From assembly GCA_028023455.1 (NCBI GenBank), contig JAQFVV010000002.1:7068001-7132000 (forward strand): 64,000 nucleotides of DNA, read 5' to 3'. This document shows positions 53,380 to 64,000 of this stretch, piece after piece. The stretch's first letter is position 1; each line of letters begins with the position of its first letter. A program made the translations under genes and the position numbers. Under the pieces are notes generated by a model that was not told the DNA's origin, did not search any database, and was given only the letters and a program-made list of their open reading frames with translations. Origin of the DNA: Epiperipatus broadwayi (Eukaryota > Animalia > Onychophora).

Positions 53380-54761
53380 CACTGGGCAACAATTTTTTTT
53401 TATTTTCTGTTGCATGAGATTTTAGAACTTTTTCTATATATTTCTGTATCACTGATTCCAAATCTGAAATCTGTTTTTAGGTGCATGCTCTAGTTTTTAT
53501 GCAATTTTAATTTCTTTTTGTTACATTTAATGGTATGCATTGGTTTTCAAATTGGAGTTAAAAGGCAATGACTCTTGGATTGAACATAACCACAAGGCAA
53601 TTAATGTTTTACAAACATCACTTTTACATAATTGTAGTTGTTTTTAATGTAAAAAAATATTATCTGATAAAAACACTCTTTTATTTTGTTTTTAGATTGA
53701 ATCATGGCTTCTTCGAGTAGGCGTAAATGTAAGAATAGTCCTGATACCTTCTGTTATATATGTGGCTGTTACACACTTCAACATCAAAGGTGCAATATTT
53801 CATCATTTGTGACATGTGCATATAATGCCTATTTTCAAGTTCCCCTTGGCGATCAAGACAAGAAATGGGTTTCTCATATTGTGTGTCATAATTGTGAGGA
53901 AATGCTTCCGACTAGACAAAAGGAAAATGCAAAGAAATATCTTTTGGTATTCCCATGATTTGGCATAAACCTAAGGACCACAGCAGTGACTGTTATTTCT
54001 GTCTGATCCATACAAAGGTCATCGATAAGAAAAAATGGCATATGATCACATATCCTAATATTCCTTCAGCAATGTGACCTATTCCACTCTGAGGTACGCC
54101 CATTTCCAGTTTTTAATGGTTTTATTTCTTCTAAGGACAAAGAAAGTGAACATGGTGATCAAGTGTATTTTGATAAGATGCATGAGGTGGTTGTAGAATC
54201 TGAAGGGTCTTCTAATGCCAAGAAGTCATTAACCCCTTAGTCATTAATTTCATTGGCAACAAAAAAGCAGAAAATCTTGGAGCTTTTAGTGATGAGCAGG
54301 GAGAACACTTTTATCAAGATCTGAATATGATGGAAGAGCGTTATCAGGGAAGATGAGACAGAAATATGATGGTAGACTACTGCTGGAGCGTCAGATGAGA
54401 TTGTCCTCAACAAGTACTCAAACACAAGAGTTACAAATGCAAATTTTTGCCTGAATAAAATTTAAATGTTTTGTGCAAATTTTATGATTAAAATGTGTTT
54501 TAATGTGTTCTATTTCGAAATTCTAGACAATTTCTGATGCAATCATATCCTTTAGTGTATTCGTGTATTTACTGCATTATATAAATTATTATATTTTCAC
54601 AAAGATGATGCCCAAGAAGACATTCTACTTCATTATGTTAAACTAAATGTTGAAAATTTTACAATAAGATGAAAACCTAATGTCAGATTTGGGATCAGCA
54701 CACTCAAATTAAGTAAGAACAGGTGTTTTTGTGGATCCAACAAAAATTTTGTTACACTGTG
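53380..54761 (+). mobile_element. Internally deleted Chapaev3-like (CMC) DNA transposon, 1382 bp
   Basis: N-terminal [42 protein letters not shown] joined to C-terminal ENLGAFSDEQGEHFYQDL..EERYQG..DYCW; imperfect TIRs CACTGGGCAACAA / TTGTTACACTGTG. Superfamily assignment is from recalled motifs. Confidence 0.75.
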
Positions 54762-55243
54762 TTATGGTTCAAATATAATAGTAACTTCTTTGTTTTATTT
54801 TATTAGCCTATTATATATCAAGAGAGAGAGTGAGTTTACTTTATGTGAAATAATTTATTTCTTAAAACACTTTTGCCAGTTAAATTGCTTTGTTTTTGCT
54901 TAGAAAGATTCATTTACTCTTATTTTACTTGTGTATGTGGAAAAAATATAATAAAATATCAAGTGATAATTGTCATAGAACCAGTAAAATATCTATTCTT
55001 GCCATTTTAAATATAGAAATTATTTTGCAACAATATAGCGATAAAAAAATAGGAACATGAATTAATTTGTCTTACTTATGCCAATAAACATCACATGATC
55101 ACCATTTCTTATGCTTACTTATAACTGTTATTAAAACAGGCCTCTATACGTATTGCCACTCAGTGCAAGCCAGAGTAATCAATGGATGACAGAAGGCTTC
55201 TGCATAAAATCCCCATCTAGTGCCTACTCATCCAATATCCCCA

Positions 55244-55273
55244 GACTAGTTTCTGGTTTGTAGCCTTTGTCAG
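55244..55273 (-). ncRNA. Hammerhead core, family 1, degenerate
   Basis: CTGACAAAGGCTACAAACCAGAAACTAGTC. Confidence 0.6.
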
Positions 55274-55719
55274 TGAGGAGCCTTGGATCTAAGAGCACTG
55301 CACCTAAATCTTAGGATTTAATGCAATCCTCCAGCAGCCACCTTTTATATCTATTTAACTACAAAACGATGAGTCTTAAATTGAAAATACTATATTTTCA
55401 ATCCAAGCTCATTAGATTATATAGTCATATAGGTCTGAACTCAGTTCAGTACTTATACATTTTGGTGTCTTTGTTTCTTTAATAACTATAGCCACCACTA
55501 TTCTATTAGGCAGGATTGGTTTTAAGCCAATAAGCATCACATGATCATTTCTTATGCTTGCTTATAACTGTTATTAAAACAGGCAAAACTCTCTATACAT
55601 ATTGCTACTCAATTTAAGACTCATAGTTTTGTAGCTAAGTAGAGATAAAAGATGGCTGCTGGAGAGTTCTATTAGATCCTAAGATCTAGGTGCAGTGCTC
55701 TCAGTCCCAAAGCTCATCA

Positions 55720-55749
55720 CTGATGAAGGCCACAAGCCAAAAACTAGTC
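55720..55749 (+). ncRNA. Hammerhead core, family 1, G12 to A
   Basis: CTGATGAAGGCCACAAGCCAAAAACTAGTC. Confidence 0.65.
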
Positions 55750-57933
55750 TGGGGATATTGGATGAGTTGGCACTAGATGGGGATTTTATGCACAAGGCTC
55801 CTGGCATCCATTGATTACTCTGGCTTGTAGTGAATGGCAATACATATAGAGAGTTTTGCCTGTATTGTCTTATTTATGTTATGAGATTTAAATTTGCATA
55901 TAAATAAAAAAATTTTGATAGCCCGAATAAAGATGAAATTTGAGCAGAAGCATTGAAAAACATTGAGCTATACATAAACTAACCATTAGTAAAAGTAATT
56001 ACAAAATGGATTATGTCTATTTGATTTTTGATCATGTATGAGCACACCATTTATTAATGTACTAATATGCAAAGCATGATTTATGTATGCTAATATAATT
56101 TTAGGACAACTATAAGCTATTCTGAAATCCCTATAAGTAATTACAGGGAAAGACTGAGCCTTAGATTTAATAACTTTTAAATATTAAGTTAATCTTTAGT
56201 TAATATATGTAAACATTACTTTTTGGCAAATGTATATGAAATTTGATTGGAAGCAATGAAAACCCCCAGTGAGCTACATGTAAACTACCCATCAGTAAAC
56301 ATACATATAAAACAGATTAGTGAATTATATTTTCTTAATATATATTGTAACTTTCCAAGTAGACAAAGTGAAGGAGGTCATAATATATAATTGATTGAGG
56401 CTGACTAAACCTCTCATATGTAAACATAAAAATAACATTAATAATAATAAGCTCAAAAATTATGTTTAGGTTATTTTTCATATATGTGCTGCTTTAAGCG
56501 AAAGATGCACATCATGACAAATGCAAACATCAGATCAAGAGGAGAAGAGTTCTCTTACTCCCTCTTTAAAATATATAAATCTTAAAATCTTATGTAGCAC
56601 ATTACACAAAATAGTTAGGTTACTTTCAATATGGTACACTTAACACATCTTATAAAATAAAATAAAATCTTATAATCATAATTATTCTCCTAAATGATCA
56701 GATCTAACTTAAAACACAGGTCCAAATATTCCACATAATTCTTTCTTAGAATAATTTTTATTTTAACACAGCAATTCTTTCTCAAAAATAATTTGTGTAA
56801 ACAAATCAGTTTTCTTTTAATAATGAATTCTTCAATAATCAATAATCTTAGTCTTCTTTTTACTTCTTAAAACCTACCATGAATGTAATCTTAGTGAAAA
56901 ATGATAACAATAAGACATGATCTTACCTTTAAGATGACATCTTGATAAATCAAATAATAGTACATTTTGAATTAAAATTAAAAATGAAAAACCTTTATAT
57001 TAAAAATAATTATAATATACTAGGATAACATTTGTGATGTTATGATTAGAAAAAAGATTTTATTGCTACCCAAATATCACAACAATTGGTTTCCTCTTCT
57101 AATCTTATATTAAAATAATACAAAGCAATCTTATGATCTTAATACAAGATGAATAAGTAAAGCGATCTTATGATTTTACTAAAATAAACAAATATAATAA
57201 AGTGATCTTATAATAGATGTATAAAATGATCTTATCAGTTTTAATTTAAGATAAATAAAATAATCTTTTCCATTGATGTTATCTTAACATCACTAGTATA
57301 ATTTTAATAAAGTGGCCTATATCATATTTCCTTTTATTCTTCTACTCTCAATGCATAAAACAAATAAAGGTGTGTGATATTATTAGATTTTTGAAAATGC
57401 AAATGATGATGATAAAAATGAGAAACCATAATTTAATAAAAGAAAATTTATTGATAATTATAACATTGAGAGAGCAAATATCAAACTATTGAGTAAAGAA
57501 CAAAAATTCCACAAAAGAAAAATTATGAGTTCCAATTTACAAGTTATCAATCATTTAACAATAAATTAAAAATTTTAATATGACAAGTTCTCACCTTTAA
57601 TAATTTCATTTACTATTATATAGTCCAAGTTTGTGAAGAGTGCCTGGTTTTCAAATATTTACACATCAAGCTTGTATCCCGCCCATCCCTCTTCTATGTA
57701 TTTAAATGGATAAGATCCTATACATGAGGGGTCAGAGTGACTTGAAGTCAACATGGGCATGGCAATAATATTGGTATCAGCATGGGATTTGGGTTTTCAT
57801 AATCAGATTTTCAAAGATATGGATGGCTGAAAAGTTGGAGTAGATTGAAGTCTGTCCATTAAAGTATGAAGATTTGCTATCTTAATATAAATTGAGCACG
57901 GACTATATATATATGTGGGAGATGATAATCTTG

Positions 57934-57979
57934 ACCAACTGATGAGTGCTGGTTTAGCACAATATATATATATATTGGT
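57934..57979 (+). ncRNA. Degenerate hammerhead ribozyme, family 3
   Basis: ACCAA CTGATGA GTGCT-GGTTT-AGCAC AATATATATATATA TTGGT: stems I and II are perfect, but GAAA is corrupted and stem III is a (TA)n palindrome. Confidence 0.55.
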
Positions 57980-59229
57980 AATTATTTATCTTTTCTACAT
58001 GTGTGTGGTTATGTGTATCAGTTGTATGAGATAGTGTGGATAATTGAAGGGTGCTTGAAAATTTGAGTTCAAATCCCCTATACTTATTATATAGTCCCTA
58101 AGTAAAATGTATTTAATCATATTAATTAGATAAAATCTTAACCATCTTTCAGTAGTGTTGAATATTGAAGAGAATGTATAAATGTTTATATAGCCACATG
58201 TACAATTATAAATTTAATAACACATATTTTATCCGATTTTAAATTATCTGGATATCCTAGCTAGGCACATCAACAAGACTTACACATCAAAAACCACTCT
58301 GATTTACAAAGAGTGCAATTGAAGGGATAATTGGAATTAAGCATCTCTTTCAAACATAACTGCCAGGATAAAGACATTAGTGTGTAGTACACATAATTTT
58401 AAATAAATATATCAGTAAGATCCCCATCAAGAGATTGAGAAAACATAGGCAAAATAGAATTATGACATGAACTCAAATGAGCACCTACACATAAGAGCAA
58501 CAATGAGGTAGAACTTTGTTTCTAGTCATGAAATATGAGAATAAATCATCAAAATAGAGGGGTTTGCCTAAATATAGCATTGTGTGCTTAATATCACAAA
58601 ATTCAATAAAACTCATTGACATAATACAATAATCTATAAGAGAAAAAAAAACACTGTCATTTCTTAAAATAAAGCCAAATAAGTAATTTGTAAAACCAAT
58701 AAAATAAGTAAATATAACAAAAATACAGCTAACATTTAAAATTGTGGCAAAACAATTTAATAATAAAATATATATCAGCTTCGTAAACTCTATCCAGCAT
58801 TCGTGCACATTTAAAATAACTCCAAAAGGATAAGTATATTATACTCTAAAATATTTGGTACAGATAAATATTCTAAGAATTTAAGCTGAAAATACATGCC
58901 AAACATATACTTAAAATTATATAGAGAAATATAAATGAATATAATACATATAAAATGAAAATAAATATTTTATAACCATTTATCAATAAAGTCCTTAAAT
59001 CTTGATTTTTATCCATTACACCAGATAAGGTCAAATAAAAGTCCATGAATATACTGAGGTCTTTCCTGGATATCCAGATGAAGTTGTAAACTTAAACAAT
59101 AACAGCATTTTAAAATATGAGGTGGGCAGAAATTTTGAAGTTACTGACACAAACTAAAATAGCCAATTCTAAATAGATTAATGTAGACTTAATATGTAGA
59201 ATAATGAATACTATATGCATTGCATAAAT

Positions 59230-60550
59230 TTAAAATAGTGTGTCGAATGACAATACAATAAGCATTATAAATTTTAAATAATACATTATTTCTTTTGCAG
59301 AGCACAATAATTAATTTTTTTTCTGCGATAAAATGGTAATAAATTTTCCGATGAATATAAAAGAATAAATATTGTAAATGGAGCATGATGAGGAGTTTCA
59401 AAAATCAATATTCTCGAAGGCCAAATGGAGCATGGTAACAAAAGAAAATAAAACTTGTGAAGAGCAAACATATTTGATAACTTCCAGCAGTACATTGAGG
59501 ATAGTTTTTTTCTTCTAAATACTGTAATGCAAATGCAAAAATATTTTAAAATTAGCATTCATAAAATACGTTGACAAATAAAAGGGTGTTCTTGCAAAAA
59601 CGAACAACAGTAAATAAAATTTCATTTTTTTTTTTAATAAGGCATTCCATAAATAATATAGCATATTTAATAAATATAAATCTTTTATCAATAGGACATA
59701 GATTAAATAAGTATTAAATATCAAATTCCGGTTATATTTTACTTTAAAGACTACTTCCACATAATTTCATGTGTCAAAGCATCGGCCGGGAAACGAACCC
59801 GGGAAACTGCTTATAAGGCAGCTGTGCGGACCACCAACGCTTAACATAATTTTATTTCAAATAAAAGATAATTTCACTATAACATTTAGCAACGTAAACT
59901 TCTTTTATAGTATAAATAATGTGTCTTTCCTTAATAGTATATTTTGTAGCAGATAGTTTATAATATTTCTAAAATACAGTATGTATCAAATTTTACTAAT
60001 GAAGAAACAAATGTCTTATTCTTTTAAAATAATTCCAATGTGATAATACTTTTAAACGATCACTTTAAAAACATGTAGATGAATAATTTGCTAATGATTT
60101 TCAATATATATATATGCAATAGTAATTAACATTTTACAATTCTTTTATTATTAGCAGTGACCTGCTATTTTGAATAAAAGTTCAAATTCAGTACTTATAT
60201 TAAATTAAAACAACAAAAAATGCTCTGGAAAACGATGGCGATATTCAGTATTAAAATAAACATTGTTTCTACTTTTAAATATAGCAGATAAGAGTTATTT
60301 TCAGAGTTGATAAAAAAAAAATAGTTTAAAAGTTGTAGCGTTTAATTTAAGAATTATCCATCTTAAAATAAAGTTTTAATATAATAAAACAAATAAATTG
60401 GAAGTATTAAAAGTTTTTGCAACGCGTACTGCTGTCGTATGACGGTAAAATGCGTCACTTTCTGAAAGGTAAACACGAGATGTAGAACAATTTTACATAG
60501 TGAGATTAGAATAGTTTGAAGTGTTGAATGTCTAGGTTAAATGAATACGT
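59230..60550. promoter_or_regulatory. Possible unmethylated (CpG-retaining) region
   Basis: About 19 CpGs outside the SINE in 1.3 kb, clustered at 60420-60480 (ACGCGT..TCGT..ACGG..GCGT), against near absence in most of the window. Confidence 0.35.
59771..59843 (-). mobile_element. tRNA-Gly(TCC)-derived short SINE-like insertion
   Basis: Minus strand GCGTTGGTGGT..CAGCTGCCTT..AAGCAGTT..CCGGGTTCGTTTCCCGGCCGATGCTTTGACAC; D-arm deleted, so not a functional tRNA; TSD ACATAATTT(C/T)AT at 59759-59770 and 59844-59855. Confidence 0.72.
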
Positions 60551-61469
60551 GAATAGATAATTATTTTTAGCACTTCATAATTTCCTTAAATTAGCAAATA
60601 AAAATTAGTTATAAAAATTTACAACTTGGAAACATTAAAAAAAAGTGAGGTATGTGTGTCAGTTTAACAAACCAGGTTTTTATAGAACAAATCATGATAT
60701 AGAAATTGATTGGATGATTAACAGCTGAACTGTCTGTCCATCCCAGATGACCTAATTAAATAAAAGATCACAATTTTCTAGTTACTGAGAATAAATTTCT
60801 AAAATAAATCTAATTCTAAAAAATTCCAGTCTTAATTGTCTAGACAGGAGAATTAAATATTACATCTTTTTTTAAAAATATATATATCACTACAACATTT
60901 AACCCACAGTCCCCCAGTAAGAACTGAAGGTCATAATATATATTAACAAAAAATCTCTTTTCTTTCAACATTCACTTTTATTATATAAACAAGATATATG
61001 ACACCAAGTATAATCAAAAAAGCAAGAGCATAAAATCATCTCTGAATGTTTGGTTTTGAGTAATTTTACAAAAAAACAATAATAATAATAATAGTATAGT
61101 TATAAATACAATTTTTTCATTATGTAAAAAAATGATCATATGGTGATCATTACTGCATGAAAATCTTGTTTCTTCAGATTAATTAGATTTAGAAATTTCA
61201 ATTTACATTTTTAGCTAGGCCAGTGAATTATAATTAATAGTAAATTTCCATCACTTCATGCAATAATATGAAAATGAAAAAAGATAAAGAATTAAACTCT
61301 GCCAGAAGAAAAAAGCCAAGCAGTTGATGATAAAAAATACTTCTCTTCTAGAATTATGTACAATCTTAAATGATTTCAAAATAAAACATTTTTTGTAACA
61401 AATATCAGGACTAGAAAAAAGAAATACCACCCCCCCCCCCAAAAAAAAATAGTACAAATTAAAATGATT

Positions 61470-61980
61470 TGTTATTTCTATAATGATGGCTGAACTAAAA
61501 CAGCAAATGGTTGAAATAAGTTAATACAAGACAAAAAAACAAACAAAAGCAAATCAATAATCTTATGAATGGCTTAGACAAAATATAAAAATGAGAATAA
61601 TGAAATTCAAGTTCTCTTAAATAGAAGAGATAGATATTACCATTGATTGCTTGATAGTAGGAGCAGTTTTTATAAGCAATGACTAGTAGTTATTCTTCTT
61701 AAATAGGTAATTCATAATGTATAAATGAACTATCATGTTTGTTTTCAAAGGTGTGTGGAGCTACACTAAAAGTTGAAAATAGATGTAAATATTATATTTA
61801 CTAACAATAATTTGATAATTTAGAAGATTTATTTTTTTAAGGAGTTACAAAATAACATTTTATAAAATAACATTGAGCATATGTTTTTAGCCTTATGATG
61901 GAAAATGATTTTTTGTCTACATTTTAATTTATGCAAGGATAAAGACAATGCACCCTGATTTTCAAAAAATTATTTTGATA
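61470..61980 (+). pseudogene. Possible very old retropepsin (gag-pol) remnant
   Basis: With frameshifts: EIDITIDC-LDSRSS and KGVCGATLKVENRC, resembling the LDSG motif and protease flap. Confidence 0.3.
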
Positions 61981-64000
61981 AAATATATTAATAATTGATA
62001 ATAAAAGTCTATAGGTAATAATTTTCACCTTTCTGTTAATTGTCTTATTTTCTTAAAAATTCATTATATTTTTTAGAAATGTATGATAATCTCTCATCTT
62101 CAAGCATATAGTGTAGGCTTTTCTATCCATAAAACATGTGAACTTTATTAGCATTTATGGTAACTTTGGAGCATATATGTCTACTTTAATGAAGAAGAAA
62201 TTTCAACAATAACATCAACATATGAATAAAATAACAGAAGATAGAAATCAGTTCTTTGATGTTACAGCATGTTTTTCAAATTTCTTTCAAAAATAAAAAG
62301 ATATAGTTATTATCTGATATTATAATGTAGGCTTAGATTTAATTACTAATCAATATCATATCCAACATCTAATTGGCTGCTGTGAATATAGTAAACAAAT
62401 AAAAATGATAGTAGTTTTGATTCTAAAATATAACCAATTCCATATTAAATGATATGATATCTTACTGCCTATCTAGAGCATATTGCAGTTAACATTTGCA
62501 TTTATCTCATTCAGATAGCATCTAAAAGCATTAAAGATCACACTGTCAGCCGCAGTATTAATTTATGCAAATCATCTAATACTCGTACAATAAAAATTAA
62601 GTCAAAATATTATAAAGAAAATTTTGAATGCAACTAAAGCAGATATAAATACCTGTCCATTTTTTCCAATTTTGCTAAAAAATATAAAATAATTATTGAT
62701 GTTAAAACTTTACAATGCTCATTCTAGTTTTTAAAATAAAACAAAATTATGAATAAAAATTAATTTTTTTACAAATTTCTAAGGAATTTCTTTTAATTGT
62801 GAAATTATTCTTATAAATATGGAAAATGTAAAAATGATTTGTAGACAAATTTCTTTACTCTGCAGTTTAAAAAACAGCAACCATGAAAGTATTTTAATAT
62901 AATATAAAAAAATATGTGGTTGGTTGAGACATATATCAACAAAAACGCTCTAATAAAAGTTGTGTATGTGTAGCAAGACAGTAAAAAAGTTACAATGAAT
63001 TAATGAAACTCCAAAGTGATGGTTAATGGATAATTTCACAACTTATGATTGGTTTACACATATCCAATTTAAGTATTATGCCTTCCATGAAGTAGCTTTA
63101 TGATATTAACTGTCTTTAAAAAGTAAAACTTTTTTAAACATAAATATTTTATCATACCTCCATACAGTGATGAGGGAGAGATAAAATTTTGAAAGTGTAA
63201 ATTATGCTAAGAAAAATATACTCTCCAAAATTTAAATTGATAAAGTTGATGGCTAATGGCATTACATTTATCAAGATAGTATAGCATTAACTTTTTATTT
63301 TAAAAGATATTTCTATAACATATTGGTTGTAATTAAATATTTTATATTTATTTATTAGTATTTCTTATACATTAAAAAAAAATTATTTTTCCATGATAAT
63401 AATCTTGTTGTGATTATTAAGCATCATTTTGACCTTAAAGACTTAAGTTTGTATTTTCTTTAAGATATTAAGTTCATTGAGAAACTGTAATTGCTAATAT
63501 ATATTATGTTTGTATTAGATAAAAAGTGAAATATTATGCATTCTTATTTAGTAGACATCGTTTATCCATGTTGTTACTAAAATTACTAATATATACACAA
63601 TCTCAATTCAAATCAATATGAAATATGACCAAATAAATTGCAAATAATGGAGGATAAAAAAAGATAATGTTATTATTCTGACAATGATATTGACCAGATA
63701 AATACTTATTTGTAATATGGGTTTATAGATAAGTAAGAATATTGTATTGGATTTGAAAAAAATAATTGAAATAACTCAATGAACACCATTGAATATGGGA
63801 CACTTTTGAAATAGGTTAGCTCGTATAATAGGCTCTCCCTACTTTTTCATATTTAGGCTTATAGTTCAACTATCTAATTAAAACAGTTATTCCAATATAT
63901 GTATATTAAGAAAAATAATTTATAACAATTAAATTATCAGCTTCATAAATCTTTTGGCCATCACACTACTATCGGCCTATTAATTCAGTTTGAGCAGATT

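Larger units (their letters stand above)
55081..55864. mobile_element. HHR family 1 insertion D: ~1.2-mer (period 446 bp) plus inverted arm
   Basis: CCAATAA(A/G)CATCACATGATC repeats at 55081 and 55527; inverted arm about 55611-55864; TSD TTGTCTTA(C/T)TTATG at 55067-55080 and 55865-55878. Confidence 0.92.

Noticed and set aside
59771-59843. Functional tRNA gene
   Set aside because: D-arm deleted, anticodon loop altered, flanked by a TSD.

Overview
Very AT-rich, CpG-depleted eukaryotic DNA (probably an invertebrate; species not determinable) made mostly of nested, decayed transposons. I could not support any host protein-coding exon. Main contents: (1) a complete 12.7 kb LTR element (2077-14795, minus) with two ~5.2-5.4 kb LTRs, PBS, PPT and ATAT TSD, but only a 2.16 kb pol-less interior with a decayed coiled-coil ORF; (2) a non-coding ~446 bp repeat family carrying a minimal type I hammerhead ribozyme (HHR), present as four independent head-to-head fold-back insertions with 12-15 bp TSDs (8 HHR motifs, 3 with an unmutated core), i.e. 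a retrozyme or non-autonomous Penelope-like (PLE) family whose core has an unusual A/A juxtaposition at the base of stem II; (3) further HHR-like motifs at 16236, 57939 and possibly 18558; (4) a decayed autonomous PLE (RT plus GIY-YIG), and Gypsy pol, hAT, Chapaev3-like, RTE and CR1/Jockey-like relics, plus two tRNA-Gly-derived SINE-like insertions. All calls come from reading and manual translation; no database searches were run, and identities and counts are by eye.
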